In this document: piece after piece, positions 1 through 10,993 of the stretch | Position numbering within the stretch: the first letter of the stretch is position 1 | Layout: each line of letters begins with the position of its first letter | DNA from: an uncultured Planctomycetota bacterium | Lineage (GTDB): Bacteria > Planctomycetota > Planctomycetia > Pirellulales > Lacipirellulaceae | Length of the DNA: 64,000 nt | NCBI GenBank assembly: GCA_963719315.1 | Contig: CAVRBU010000002.1 | Span: 768,001 to 832,000 of the forward strand | Reading direction: 5' to 3' | Notes under the pieces: generated by a model | Told to the model about the DNA's origin: nothing | Seen by the model: the letters and a program-made list of their open reading frames with translations, nothing else | The model's database searches: none | Program-made: the position numbers and the translations under genes

Positions 1-586
1 AATCGATGCGCTGGTTGGCCCGTAAACGGCCATCACCACTCAAAATACTGGCTTTGAGCAGCATCTCACTGCCGACAGGTGCGATCAGCGTCATCGGCAT
101 GATTTGCAGATGTTCGGCGCCATACGGAACGAGCACTGCAGCCGGGATCACGGGAGTCGGCGCAATGCCAGGCGGCGGAAGCGGCAACGCGGGAGCCACG
201 CCGGAAACTGGGGCAGCTGGAATTACGGGGGCCGGCGTTGAGGCAACAGGCGGCGCAACCGGAATGGGAGTCATGGCGGGATCGGAATAGACCGGAGGCG
301 CAAGCACGTTGCCAAATGGCGCCGACGGATAAACCGACTGGAGCGGCTGAACAAAACGCGGTGCGACCGGCGGCGGGACCACAATCGGAGCGCCTGCAAC
401 TGGGGCCGGCCCCAAAATCGTCGGAGGCGGCGGAATCGTCGGCGATTCGCCGGGCCAAAGTAGAAGTCGTTCGCCGGTCGGATCGATTCGCGGACCTTGC
501 CATGTCGCGCAGCCGGAACTAATCGTCGCACAGCACGCAAGTGCCAGCGCGAGCAATTTACTTCGCTTTGATGAATTCCGGAACAT
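1..586 (-). CDS. Pro-rich lipoprotein, N-terminal part (planctomycete DUF11-type protein), runs off the window start
   Basis: Hand translation from ATG at 586: MFRNSSKRSKLLALALACCATISSGCATWQGPRIDPTGERLLLWP...PMTLIAPVGSEMLLKAS; lipobox-like SSGC; frame open to window edge so absent from the ORF track. Confidence 0.7.
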   Translation of the reverse strand, partial: MFRNSSKRSKLLALALACCATISSGCATWQGPRIDPTGERLLLWPGESPTIPPPPTILGPAPVAGAPIVVPPPVAPRFVQPLQSVYPSAPFGNVLAPPVYSDPAMTPIPVAPPVASTPAPVIPAAPVSGVAPALPLPPPGIAPTPVIPAAVLVPYGAEHLQIMPMTLIAPVGSEMLLKASILSGDGRLRANQRID

Positions 587-827
587 CAGGACGAACCGAA
601 GGTTCCTGCGGCAATGGCGGGCCTGAGCGCATCAGCGTTCGCCGCGAGCAGTGGAGTGCGGGCATGCTGGTAAAATGATTGCGCGCCCGGCAACGCGCAC
701 GGGGCGCGCAATCGACCAGCCTGTAAAAATGTACCGCCTGGGCGAGTTGATGTTGGCAAAACGCCACGCGTTTGTTGGCTTTTCTCACCACTAGGGTGGG
801 ATCGCAACGGTGGCGCCGATTGTCCCG

Positions 828-913
828 GTTCGTCGTGGGTCACCCGACCCCGCCCAAAACGCCGACCGCCAGGTCTCACCTCCGGTCGGGTGTCAGGAGA
901 CCCTCGCACAACC
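828..913. repeat. REP-like palindromic doublet
   Basis: GTGGGTCACCCGACCCCGC ... GGGTGTCAGGAGACCCTCGCACAAC; second half resembles GGGGTCAGGAGACCCGCGCACAAC at ~29150-29173. Confidence 0.5.
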
Positions 914-1092
914 GGCGACAGCCCTTTCAGGAAGTGCCAACCAATGAAAACCGCCCAAAACGGGAATTTCTTGCTTTGACAAAGCGCGGGGATTAGCATG
1001 AAAGGAGCGGAGTTTCCCGAAAAAGTCGGCCTGCTGGCCACCCCGGTACTCTGCTCGGAACATCGCATATCGCTGCATACGAGGTAACTTCC

Positions 1093-2556
1093 ATGGCTCG
1101 GTTCGCTCATCGTACAGGCACTCTTGTGTCGCGGCTCTTTTGTTCGCTGCGGGCGCTGGCGGCCGGTTTGGTCTGTCTATTGGTAGTGCAACAAGTTGCA
1201 CAGGCTCAAATCGGTGGTGGTGGCGGTGGTGGCAACACAATCGGTGGTGGTCCGACGGCCGGTGTTGCGGTGGACGCCGATGGTGTGTTGCGGCGTGTGA
1301 TGGCCAACGATCCGACCGGCAATCTCGCGCGGCAACGCGCTCAGGAGGCGCTCTTAAAGCTCGATCGCAACGTGGCCCGTCGTAGCCCGTTGCGCAAAGT
1401 GTCGCTCACTCGACTGGAACGCATCATGAAGCAACGCCTAGCCGATGGGCGCGGCGTTGATGACACGATGCAACACCTGGCCGGCATCACGCGGCTCGAA
1501 TATGTATTCTGCTATCCGGAATCTGGCGACATTGTGATCGCTGGCCCAGCCGAAGCGTGGGGCCAAGCACCATCGGGCCGCATCCAAGGGATCGAAACCG
1601 GTCGCCCGGTCATTGAACTGCAAGATCTTGTCGTCGCGCTGCGAGCTTTTCCGCCCGGTGCGGACAACAAGAAGCCATTTATCTTTTGCTCGATTGATCC
1701 GACCGAAGAAGGACTCTCGAAGATGCACGAGTTCCTGCACGAACTCGGCGGTCGCATTGGTGATCCACGCAGGAACCCGGGTCAGGATCAATTCATCGTC
1801 AACGGATTGCGCGAGCGGCTTGGAATGCAAATCATCACTGTTGGCGGCATTTCGCCGAAGACCCATTTCGCCCAGGTCATGGTAGAGGCCGATTATCGAA
1901 TGAAGTTGATCGGTATCGGCCTGGAAGTTCCGCCCGTACACCTGACCAGCTACGTAGACCGGGCGAAGCCGTCGCAAGTCGCGAGCAACGCCCTGCAACG
2001 TTGGTACTTCGTGCCCAACTATCAGTGCGTTCGCGTAAGCGAAGATTCACTGGCCATGCAACTCGAAGGCGAAGGCGTGCGGCTCGTGGGCGAAGATGAA
2101 GTCGTGAGCAAAGACGGCAAACGCTCCAAGGCGGGCGGTCGAATCAATCAGGCTAGCGATTCGTTCGTGAAGGCGTTCACCAAGGTGTACCCCAAGCTGG
2201 CCGAGGCGGCGCCCGTGTATGCACAGCTTCGCAACTGCATCGATCTGGCCGTGGCCGCGGCGTTCATTCAACACCAGGACTACTACGACCTGGCCAAGTG
2301 GAAGCCCGAAACGCTGAGCAGCGAAACGGCGTTCCCCGTTGAAACCCTGAACCCACCGCAACAAGTCGAAACGGCTGTCAACGCCCTGTGGCGTGGCAAT
2401 ACGCTCGTGACGCCGATCGGCGGCGGCGTGCAAATGCGGCCGACTGAAGCGATTGACCCCACGAATTTGCTGGATGACGACGGCGCAAAGGTTAAAGACG
2501 CTCGTGCTGGAATCAATCTCTCGAAGCTTGCACCGGATCAATGGTGGTGGGATTAG
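1093..2556 (+). CDS. DUF1598 domain secreted protein
   Basis: 487 aa; signal peptide; GVAVDADGVL, LRKVSLTRLE, VMVEADYRMKLIGIGLE, QRWYFVPNY, terminal WWWD; GAGG RBS. Confidence 0.85.
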   Translation: MARFAHRTGTLVSRLFCSLRALAAGLVCLLVVQQVAQAQIGGGGGGGNTIGGGPTAGVAVDADGVLRRVMANDPTGNLARQRAQEALLKLDRNVARRSPLRKVSLTRLERIMKQRLADGRGVDDTMQHLAGITRLEYVFCYPESGDIVIAGPAEAWGQAPSGRIQGIETGRPVIELQDLVVALRAFPPGADNKKPFIFCSIDPTEEGLSKMHEFLHELGGRIGDPRRNPGQDQFIVNGLRERLGMQIITVGGISPKTHFAQVMVEADYRMKLIGIGLEVPPVHLTSYVDRAKPSQVASNALQRWYFVPNYQCVRVSEDSLAMQLEGEGVRLVGEDEVVSKDGKRSKAGGRINQASDSFVKAFTKVYPKLAEAAPVYAQLRNCIDLAVAAAFIQHQDYYDLAKWKPETLSSETAFPVETLNPPQQVETAVNALWRGNTLVTPIGGGVQMRPTEAIDPTNLLDDDGAKVKDARAGINLSKLAPDQWWWD

Positions 2557-2628
2557 CGACTTTATTGTGGCCGGCGCGGGCGGCAAGTCGAGTTTGGCAA
2601 AGCCGCGGCAAATTGATAGATTGTGGAC

Positions 2629-2889
2629 ATGTCATACCAATTTCCGCCGGATCTTGATCAGCGTGTCAAAGCTCAGATGATCACGTTTGGCATGCCGAGC
2701 GAAGACGATGTGCTCCGTGCGGCGATGGACGCCTTGGAACAGTTCGAACAGGACAAGCTTCGCCGTTGGCAGACTGGAAACGAACTCGCTCTGCAGCAAA
2801 GCCGCGAAGGCCTCTCTGAATCGCTGGATCTCGACGCTCTGCTCATTCGGGTCGAAGAACGCATTGTGCAACAGTTCAAGGGAAAATGA
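2629..2889 (+). CDS. ParD-like antitoxin (type II TA)
   Basis: 86 aa MSYQFPPDLDQRVKAQM...SEDDVLRAAMDAL; stop overlaps the toxin start (ATGA). Confidence 0.7.
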   Translation: MSYQFPPDLDQRVKAQMITFGMPSEDDVLRAAMDALEQFEQDKLRRWQTGNELALQQSREGLSESLDLDALLIRVEERIVQQFKGK

Positions 2890-3188
2890 TGGCGCGGACG
2901 GTATGGACACCGTTGGCCCAGCAAGAACTTGAAGACATCCTGTTCTACATTCGCGTGGCAGATGGCAGGCCATTGACATCTCGGCGGATCGGCGAAGAGC
3001 TTTGCGACGCGTTGGATCGCCAAGCCACAAAGCCGCTAACTGGTTCAGGCCATCCTGCTGCACCGGAGGATTGGCTGTACGTCAGATTCAAACGCTGGCT
3101 CATCTTTTACGTTCCACTTCCAGACGGCATTGAAGTCATGCGCGTCGTCGATGCAGTGCGAGACTTGCCTCCGCTATTCGACGAGTAG
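2886..3188 (+). CDS. RelE/ParE family toxin
   Basis: 100 aa; TVWTPLAQQELEDILFYI...WLIFYVPLPDGIEVMRVVDAVRDL pattern typical of ParE. Confidence 0.8.
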   Translation: MMARTVWTPLAQQELEDILFYIRVADGRPLTSRRIGEELCDALDRQATKPLTGSGHPAAPEDWLYVRFKRWLIFYVPLPDGIEVMRVVDAVRDLPPLFDE

Positions 3189-3207
3189 AAATACGACTTA
3201 GGTTCGG

Positions 3208-4586
3208 TCACGTCTTCCATTCATCCCGTCTGACAGAGACGACTCTTAAGTCGCACACGTTGGTGTGCGTCGGGCCAGTGATGAAAAGGCCGCCGGCATG
3301 TTGGAAGAAGCGGTAGGCGTCGTTGCGCAAGGAAATCGAGGGGATCAAGCTGCCGTTTGCGAGCGGAGCGGACCGCGTCAACGGTGACAAAAGCCCCGGC
3401 CGCGTCGGTCGGGCCGTCTTCTCCGTCGGTGCCGGCGGAGAGTAGAGCAATATCGTGACAGTCACCGAGCAAGGCAAGCGCCGCGAGGGCGAGTTGTAGA
3501 TTGCGTCCGCCATTACCGCGGATGCTTTCGTCCACCAACGTCACGGTCGGCTCACCGCCGGAGATCAGACAATTGGGGCCGGGTTCGTCGCGCATCCGCA
3601 GTGCCATTTGGGCCAAGTGGCGTCCGACCTCTTCGGCCGTCCCCTCCGACTGTTTGGCGGCGATCATCGCGTGCGAGTAACCGAGTCGCTCGGCTTCGAC
3701 GCCAGCCGCATCAACGGCAGACGCGTTGTTGGCGAGGATATGGTGAGTGACGACAAAACCGCCAGCGTCCCCGAGGCGCGGTCGCTCGTGCGGCTCCGCC
3801 GTCTGTTTCTTGAGAAATCGAACAATGTTGGCGATTGAGGGATCGGTCGCCAGCAACATTCGTTGGAGAACGGCCAGCGCATCGGCTGGCGTAGTGTTGC
3901 TTTCGAGAGTCGGACCGGATGCGATGATGTCGAGCCGGTCGCCAAGCACGTCTGAAATCACGAGCGTAACAAGCCGGCCGGCGCGGCAGGCGCGGGCGAG
4001 CCCTCCGCCCTTCACCGCGCTCACCTTGCTGCGGACTATGTTGAGCTGCTCTATATTTGCGCCCCTCGCACTTAGTAGCTGCGTCAAGCGAATCTTTTCA
4101 GAGAGTGAAACCTCTGGAACGGGCGCCGGCATCAACGCCGACCCGCCGCCGGTCAGCAAGCAGAGACATAAGTCGCGGGGGCGAAGGGCGGAAACGATTT
4201 CGAGAATGTGGCGCGTGCCCTCGACGCCCTCAGGTCGCGGTTCATTGACGCCAGCCGGACGGGCCGCATGAAGTTTCACGCGCGCGGCCTGCGCGACGCA
4301 ATCCGCCGGCACGTTAATCCAACCAACAACTTGCTTCGCTGCCAAAATCCGCGGGCCCAGGACGGTTTCGAGTGCAATCGCCATCGCGCCGGCTGCTTTG
4401 CCCGCACCGACGATCGCGATGCGCTCGATCGAGCGAAGATCGATCGACTCGTCGTCGACCAACAACCGGTCACCGTCAACATGAACGTGTTCCGGGATCA
4501 ACAGCTCCGGTAAAACCGCGGCGACACCGGATCGCCAGATTCGCTCGAACGTCGGCGCGAAGCTTTTCCGTAGAAGAAGAACTCAT
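3208..4586 (-). CDS. glycerate kinase type 2 (DUF4147 + MOFRL), two apparent frameshifts
   Basis: VGAGKAAGAM, LLTGGGSAL, VKGGGLA, ISDVLGD, GGEPTV, GGRNLQ, GTDGEDGPTDAAGA; C-terminal NDAYRFF...TGPTHTNVCDLRV in another frame (shift ~3330); N-terminus from ATG 4586 shifted ~4548. Confidence 0.85.
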
Positions 4587-4699
4587 CGATCAAACCGGCA
4601 AAGAAGAACGGACGCGGCGACAGGCATGGTGCCCGACAGCAGATATTATAGATTGCATGGCACACTGCACCGGGCTAAATATTTGCGAATTCAGCTACA

Positions 4700-7483
4700 T
4701 CACCGCGAATTCGTGCTCGGCGGGTTCGCGGAACCTGCACCCGCTATTTCCGGTAGCCGACGAGCGATAGGCTGCTGCAGCGTACGGACCATTACGGCGT
4801 CAATCTTGGCCGCCCCTAACCCCATGAGTGCGAATGTGAGGCGCAGCTCGGTCGATTTCGGCACGGCGCGAATCATGCGGAACGATTGCCAACTTGAAGC
4901 TTCATGGACGACGAGCGATAGTTCCGGCCCACCGAGCGTATCGACGATGGCCAATCCACCGCCGGTCGGACCGAATGGCTTTTCGATGCGGACCCAACCG
5001 GTGATTTCCACCAGTTTCCCGGCATCGACCGGCACACCGGGCGATACGATCCACACGAGCGGGTCGTAAGCGGCCGCCGATTGCTTGTTTGCTGGGGCGA
5101 CGGCTTGCAACTCCAGACAGTACGTGCCGTGCTGCGGGCCATCGGCAGATAGCTCGGCGTGGGTCGCGGCGCCAGCGCTCGCATGCACGACGTGCTGCCA
5201 GCCGAATTGAGTCATTTCGCCAAGGTTTTCCAAATCTCCACCAGCGAGCAGGTTTTCGCCGACGCGGAGGTTATCGAGCGAGCGTTCGAGGGCGACGAAG
5301 TCAATGAGGCGATCATAAGAGAGGCCGAGCGCGTTACTCGAGAGGCCCGATGCCACGATAGCGATCTGTCGCTGCTCGGCGACCATGCGGCGCGAGTCGG
5401 CGTTCGCAGCGGCGACCAATGCCTGCGCCTGTTCGAGTTGACCGGACGTCATCAGCGCGTCTAATTGTGCTAGCCGCGCGTTCACCGTGGCGGCATCGTT
5501 GGCACTAAGTTTTGAACTGAGTCCGAGTTGAGTCAACCGCTGATCTGTTTGAAAAACCGCTTGGGCTCGTGAAACGGCGAGATCGCGCTCCAGGCGCACG
5601 ATCTGGGAGCCGTGGCGTGCTATGTGTTGACGCAAGCTTTGCACGACCTTGGGATCTTCCGTAATCACAATGAAGCCATCGTTACCTGTGGGCGTCGAAA
5701 TCCTCGTGCCGCCGGCGATTCTTTCCGATGTCAATGACCGCATCGAAATCGGCGTAACGAAGTAAGTCTGACTCGACTCGGAAACGCCGGGCACTACAAA
5801 TGTCAGTTCTTTAGCGGCCGGTCGGTTGCCGGTGAGAAGTGCTGACTTTTCGGCATCCTCGGCTTGAAGAATCAGCAACCGCGCACGATCGACGTGCATA
5901 ACGGCGGCCGTGACGGCATTATTGGTCGATGTAACGTAAGACACGACCTTTCCGCCTGCCAACCAAGGCTCCATCAGTTGCAAGCGGCGATTGAGCAGTT
6001 CAACCGCCGTAACGCGGGTTCTCGTCGCTGGATCTGATTCGCTCAACGGCGAGCTCGATTGGAACATGTACCCTCGTGCGCCACAGGTGCCGGCAATTTG
6101 CAGGAGCGATTCAAGCTGCTCCGAATCCACGGCCGGCGACGGCCCTGTCGCGTGCGCGAGCGCATTTGCTTGCACGTGCACGGCCTCGCCGAATTGTGTG
6201 TTGAGAGTTACCCACAGCGGCATACCCGGTTGGGCCAATTGGCGTCGGCTTTCCAACCATGCTTCGTACTCAGGTCCCGTTGTTACGCTGATGCGTGAGT
6301 TCCGCGCGATTAGGATATCGGCAAATTTGCTCGCGGCGCCCCAGTTGGCATCCGGAACGATGAGGATCGGCCTGCCGTAAACGACATCGTTCTCGCGGAC
6401 AAGTTCCGCCCAACGCTGCGCGTAGTTCGGATCGGCTTCGAGTGCGTCGTCGTCCAGATACCAGGCCAAGACTCGGTCGCCGACTGCTCCCAACCCACCT
6501 TGCGCGAGCGTTTCGGGCCGCGGCGGTGTGCACACGAACCATAATCCGTACCGCTGGGCGTCGGCGGTCTGCTGTGGATTGGGAGACGTTTGCAATTTGA
6601 TGGCGTTGAACCCGCGTTCCGCAAGGAATTTCAATGGCTCGCCATTCCACTCGATGACGCGCGGCAAGAACGGCCTGCCTTCGACTATAAGCGTGGAACC
6701 TTGAAGCCGCACTGGCGAGGAGCGGTCGCCGGTCGGAGTGCCGTCGTCGTTGAAACCAGCTTGGAGAACCTGTGCAGCGGATCGCGGCGCAGGACCGCGG
6801 CCTTTCCCTATCTTGGTATCAACTTTTGTCGTGGTCGGTTTGATTTCGGAGGGCGGCGTTACGATTACGCCTTCCACTTCGAGTTGGTCAGTCTCGACCT
6901 CAAACCCCTTTGGGTCGCCTGGCACGAAGAGCACGACCGATTCGAGATACGCCTCGTGGGCATCGATTGCCGCGCCGGGCGTCGCGCGCATGATGCGAAC
7001 CTGTGCAGCCAGGAGTTTGGGTACTTCGGAAATGACGAGCTCCTGCCAGTGGCCGGGCCGTTTGTATGCCGTGCCTTTTACGATCGCCGTGGCCATCGTG
7101 TGGTTTTTGGGGTCGCGCGAGCGAGGCAGGCTGATGCGGGCGGCGAGTTGAACATCGGGTCGCGCGGATTTGACCCACAGCCGAACTTGCAGTTCGTCGA
7201 GTGCGGCGACGGGCGGCGTTGGGCATTCCAATAACACCGATTGTCCCGCCGTGGCCGCGACCGTCACGTGCTCAATGCCGCCCTGGTCGCGGGCGCCGCC
7301 GGGAAGGCAATCGTGCGCCATTACCTCCGACGGCACGCCATTGTCGAGCACTTTCCAGACGTTCTCGGGGCCGTTGAATGTGCAGGTGAAGGCTGGCTCT
7401 GCTCGCAACTCCGCAGCGGCACAGTGAGCGGCGAGAATCGCGACTGCGAAAACCTGCCAGGCATGATGGCAGCGATAAGACAT
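4700..7483 (-). CDS. large secreted hypothetical protein (carbohydrate-binding-like domains)
   Basis: ORF 4700..7675; signal-peptide-like segment follows Met at 7483; C-terminal NLLAGGDLE...GWVRIE CBM-like region. Confidence 0.65.
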   Translation of the reverse strand: MSYRCHHAWQVFAVAILAAHCAAAELRAEPAFTCTFNGPENVWKVLDNGVPSEVMAHDCLPGGARDQGGIEHVTVAATAGQSVLLECPTPPVAALDELQVRLWVKSARPDVQLAARISLPRSRDPKNHTMATAIVKGTAYKRPGHWQELVISEVPKLLAAQVRIMRATPGAAIDAHEAYLESVVLFVPGDPKGFEVETDQLEVEGVIVTPPSEIKPTTTKVDTKIGKGRGPAPRSAAQVLQAGFNDDGTPTGDRSSPVRLQGSTLIVEGRPFLPRVIEWNGEPLKFLAERGFNAIKLQTSPNPQQTADAQRYGLWFVCTPPRPETLAQGGLGAVGDRVLAWYLDDDALEADPNYAQRWAELVRENDVVYGRPILIVPDANWGAASKFADILIARNSRISVTTGPEYEAWLESRRQLAQPGMPLWVTLNTQFGEAVHVQANALAHATGPSPAVDSEQLESLLQIAGTCGARGYMFQSSSPLSESDPATRTRVTAVELLNRRLQLMEPWLAGGKVVSYVTSTNNAVTAAVMHVDRARLLILQAEDAEKSALLTGNRPAAKELTFVVPGVSESSQTYFVTPISMRSLTSERIAGGTRISTPTGNDGFIVITEDPKVVQSLRQHIARHGSQIVRLERDLAVSRAQAVFQTDQRLTQLGLSSKLSANDAATVNARLAQLDALMTSGQLEQAQALVAAANADSRRMVAEQRQIAIVASGLSSNALGLSYDRLIDFVALERSLDNLRVGENLLAGGDLENLGEMTQFGWQHVVHASAGAATHAELSADGPQHGTYCLELQAVAPANKQSAAAYDPLVWIVSPGVPVDAGKLVEITGWVRIEKPFGPTGGGLAIVDTLGGPELSLVVHEASSWQSFRMIRAVPKSTELRLTFALMGLGAAKIDAVMVRTLQQPIARRLPEIAGAGSANPPSTNSR

Positions 7484-7778
7484 GTCAGATGGCCGGATTG
7501 CGGAAACGCGGCAACTGTCGTGTTGCCCAAACACAACGTGCTGGCCGAGCGTGGAAATCGTTCTAAAGTGGGCTTCTATCAGCATTTCCGACGCACGGCC
7601 AGGGCACTCGTAGCATGCACGCATCATCCGGGCGGTTCGCAAGTTCCTCGCTGTCAAGTTGTTGAACGATTGCAAGTTGTTTCCTTATAATCAGTTAAGC
7701 AGAATCGAGGGTTTCCGGCCGGCGGCGGTGGCGCGGGGTGTGCATTTAGGCACGGCATCACCACCTGGAGTTGCAGCG

Positions 7779-8066
7779 ATGGCCAACACGCACCGAGTTA
7801 CCACGACCCCCGTTGAAGAGTTGCCCGCCGACTTGTTGAAACTTGCCGCCGCGATCCACTCGCTTCCGGACGAGTTTTCGCGAGAGCTGATTCCGTCTCT
7901 GGAGCGAGTGGTTGAAAGCACGAAACGCCGACGACGCATATTGAGCATGGTGCAAGACGCGTTGAGTCAATTGCGGTTGGACATGAAATACCTGATGTTC
8001 GATGTGGAAGCCACCCGTCGCGAGCGGGACGGGCTTCAAGCCCGCCTCCAAGAGTTCGAAAGCTGA
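7779..8066 (+). CDS. small coiled-coil conserved planctomycete protein
   Basis: RRRRILSMVQDALSQLRLDMKYLMFDVEATRRERD; GGAG RBS at 7767-7770. Confidence 0.75.
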   Translation: MANTHRVTTTPVEELPADLLKLAAAIHSLPDEFSRELIPSLERVVESTKRRRRILSMVQDALSQLRLDMKYLMFDVEATRRERDGLQARLQEFES

Positions 8067-8111
8067 AAGACAGGAAACAAGCGTAGCTGGATGAGTTCAT
8101 AACTGCGTGCT

Positions 8112-9641
8112 ATGGCCGAAATCAAATCCGCGGAACAACTGGCCCAGCGCGCGCTCGATGTCAATGTCATTGATCATGGGCAATTGCAGCGTGTGTGGAG
8201 CGAGCTGGGCTCGACCAATCCGCCACTAAGCGCGTTTCAACAATTGCTGTTGCGAAGCGAGTTGTTGACTCAGTATCAGCTCGAAAAGCTGATGAAGCCC
8301 GACTCGCGGACCGGCTTCTTCTACGGCGACTACAAGGTTCTCTATTGCGTTGGCGCCGGCACGTTTGCTCGCGTGTTTCGCGCCGTTCATCGGACCTCGG
8401 GCAAGATCTTTGCCGTCAAGGTGTTGCGCAGCAGCTTGAGCAATCCCAAGGGGTTTCATGAAAAGACCCAGAAGAGCTTAAAGCTGTACATCGATTTGTT
8501 TCGCCGCGAGGGCGAGTTCGGCATGAAGCTGAAGCACCCGAACATCGTGGAGATCCATGAAGTCTACTCGCATGGCTTGACGCATTTCATCGTGATGGAT
8601 TTCGTCGAAGGGCGAAACCTCCGCGAGTTCTATCGCAATCGGCGCCGGTTCGATCCGATGGAGGCGGCCGAGATCATGGCGGGCGTGATGTCTGGTTTGA
8701 CTTATGCGCTGCAGCAGGGGGTTACGCACCGCGACTTGAAGATGTCGAACGTGCTGGTCTCCAGCGAAGGCGTGGCCAAGCTCGTAGACTTCGGCCTGGC
8801 CGGCGTGCAGGGGGCCGAATTTGCCGATGCCGAAGGCTTCAGCCGCCGCACGATCGACTACGCCGGGTTGGAACGGGCGACCGGCTGCCGTCAGGACGAT
8901 CCGCGGACCGACATCTACTTCGCCGGTACGATCCTGTACCAAATGCTGACCGCCTACCCTGCCCTGCCCGATAATCGCGAGCGGGGCCAGGCCGGAAAGG
9001 CGCGATACCAGGATATCAGGCCGATCCTCGATTTGGTGCCCACGCTGCCGTTGCCGCTCACGATGGTCGTCAACAAGGCGCTCGAATTCGATCCCGAGAA
9101 GCGCTACCAAACGCCCGGCGACATGCTGGTCGAGCTCAAGCTGGCGATCAAGCGCGTGAAGGGCGCGAAGGAAGGACGCGCGGGCGGGGCGGAATTGCAC
9201 AGCAACGAAGGGCTCGACGAGCACGGCCAACCGCGCAAGTTGATGATCGTCGAATCCGACGTGAAGATGCAGAACATGCTCCGCGAGTTGTTCAAGAAGA
9301 ACGGCTATCGCGCGTTGGTATTGAGCGACCCCGACCGCGCGCTCGACCGCTTCTTCCAAGACAGCAAGGCGGCCGACCTCGTGCTGTTCACGACCAGCAG
9401 CAACGGCCGAGCGGCGCTCGACGCATTCAATCGCTTCGGCCAGGAATCGACCACGCGCGATCTTCCGACCGTGCTGCTCCTCGACGAGAGCCACAGCCAC
9501 TGGGAAGAGGACGCCCAGACGAGCGACCATCGCGTGGTCGTGAAAATGCCGATCAAACAGCGCGAGCTGCGCGGGCGCTGGTGGAAGCGTCGCGGAAGAA
9601 GGTCTCGTAGCTGCCGAGCGCGAGCCTCGTCCACGCGGTGA
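8112..9641 (+). CDS. Ser/Thr protein kinase with C-terminal receiver-like domain
   Basis: GAGTFARV, AVKVL, HPNIV, HRDLKMSN, DFG; C-terminal KLMIVESD...; probable frameshift ~9575 with true stop TAG 9608-9610. Confidence 0.85.
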   Translation: MAEIKSAEQLAQRALDVNVIDHGQLQRVWSELGSTNPPLSAFQQLLLRSELLTQYQLEKLMKPDSRTGFFYGDYKVLYCVGAGTFARVFRAVHRTSGKIFAVKVLRSSLSNPKGFHEKTQKSLKLYIDLFRREGEFGMKLKHPNIVEIHEVYSHGLTHFIVMDFVEGRNLREFYRNRRRFDPMEAAEIMAGVMSGLTYALQQGVTHRDLKMSNVLVSSEGVAKLVDFGLAGVQGAEFADAEGFSRRTIDYAGLERATGCRQDDPRTDIYFAGTILYQMLTAYPALPDNRERGQAGKARYQDIRPILDLVPTLPLPLTMVVNKALEFDPEKRYQTPGDMLVELKLAIKRVKGAKEGRAGGAELHSNEGLDEHGQPRKLMIVESDVKMQNMLRELFKKNGYRALVLSDPDRALDRFFQDSKAADLVLFTTSSNGRAALDAFNRFGQESTTRDLPTVLLLDESHSHWEEDAQTSDHRVVVKMPIKQRELRGRWWKRRGRRSRSCRARASSTR

Positions 9642-10399
9642 GTTTTGCGCGAAGGCTTCGCGCAATGGAAATCGCAAGTCGTTGGGCGGCAAGGGAGTAC
9701 GATTGTGCGGACGCGTGAAAATTTTTTTTCGCGTGCAAAAGTCCTCCTTTTTGCGCGGCGCTCGTGCGGCTAACGTCTGGAAAACCAGTGGCTTGGGCGT
9801 GCGCGAGGCGTGCAATAATAGGCGAGTTTGCTCTCTAAAAAGCCGTTTTCTGGCAGGATTTAGCGGTTCGCCAGAGCGGTCGAGCCCTTAAAATGATGGC
9901 GATTTTCGCGGCGTTTTGAGCTGTTTCGGCTCTTCGGCCAACTCTGAGCAAAAAAGCGCGAGCGGGTTAACGACGATCTTTGCCGCCGATGAACGCAGAT
10001 GCGCAGCAACCGCTGGCAAGGGTGCTGACAGCTAATGGCTAACAGCTTCGTCTACGGATTATCAAGGATCAAACGCCGTCGCAATGCGGCGTGATGAGAC
10101 TATAGCGTTTTCGTGGGGGCCGATCCACAATTATTTTTGGCCGCGCGGAGAAGTCGTGCGGCGGCCGTTAGCGGTGTTTTTTGTGACCACAAATAGTGCG
10201 GATGGCACGGATCGGGTTACGAGGCTGAATCTTATCCGTGCGAGCGGTGTAATTCGAGGTTGACCAGGTGCTCGAATCTGACGAACGTTGGGGCGAACGC
10301 GGCCGGGGTAGCCATCGCAACCACGGCATCGCCAGAATAAACGTACGGGGTCAGGATTCGATTAAATCGTTCTGACCCGATTTCCGGATTTCCGGGATC

Positions 10400-10851
10400 C
10401 GACGACGAGAATCGCACGCGATCTTCCTTCCGGAAAGAGTTGTCGCGGACCCGCGGCTGCTCGACCGCCAGCCGGCCGGCACCAGTGAGCAGCTCGCGCT
10501 CGCGGCAGTAGCCGTTGCTGACCGCCAGCCGATTGCCCCGCGCATCGCGCTGGTGGACGTGCTGGGCCAGGAAGTCGTCTACTTCCGTCTCGATGGCGGA
10601 CTGCAACATCTGTTGAGCTCTCTGCCGCACCTATTCGTCCAGCGGGCTGGTCGGGCCAAACTGGGGAGCGGAACTCCAGAACATCGGGATCAAGCATGGC
10701 TGCTGGACTCGAAATCTCTTCCGTCGTAACCTGTCGCATGGCGTATCCTCCGTTGCCCTCGTCGGGCCGCTAGTGAAATCAAAAATCCAATCACCAGCAG
10801 GATACGCCGCCTTTTCTTCATCTCATAGAACACAACATTCGGTTATCGCTC
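10400..10851 (-). mobile_element. truncated IS256-family element (left end and disrupted transposase N-terminus)
   Basis: AQQMLQSAIETEVDDFL...NGYCRERELLTGAGRLAVEQPRVRD...RFSSS; internal stop and frameshift; putative terminus GAGCGATAACCGAATGTTGTG ending at 10851. Confidence 0.75.
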
Positions 10852-10993
10852 CCACATTTAGAAGTCTGTCGAGCGGCTGCTCGCAAGGTGTTGCCGCACT
10901 TGTCGTTGCGGAGATAAAAAAGCTATACTTCTTTACCGGGGTCGTTTAAGCTAGGTAATATCGGGCGGCAGGTTTGTTCACCGGGAGTGCTTC

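Noticed and set aside
9674..9702. dif/Xer-like palindrome (also 7672-7699)
   Set aside because: Symmetry too degenerate to support without a profile search.
8478..9815. Long antisense ORFs (also 12142..13086, 21224..22558, 26405..27550, 43532..44677)
   Set aside because: Shadow frames of well-supported genes in high-GC DNA; no recognisable motifs.
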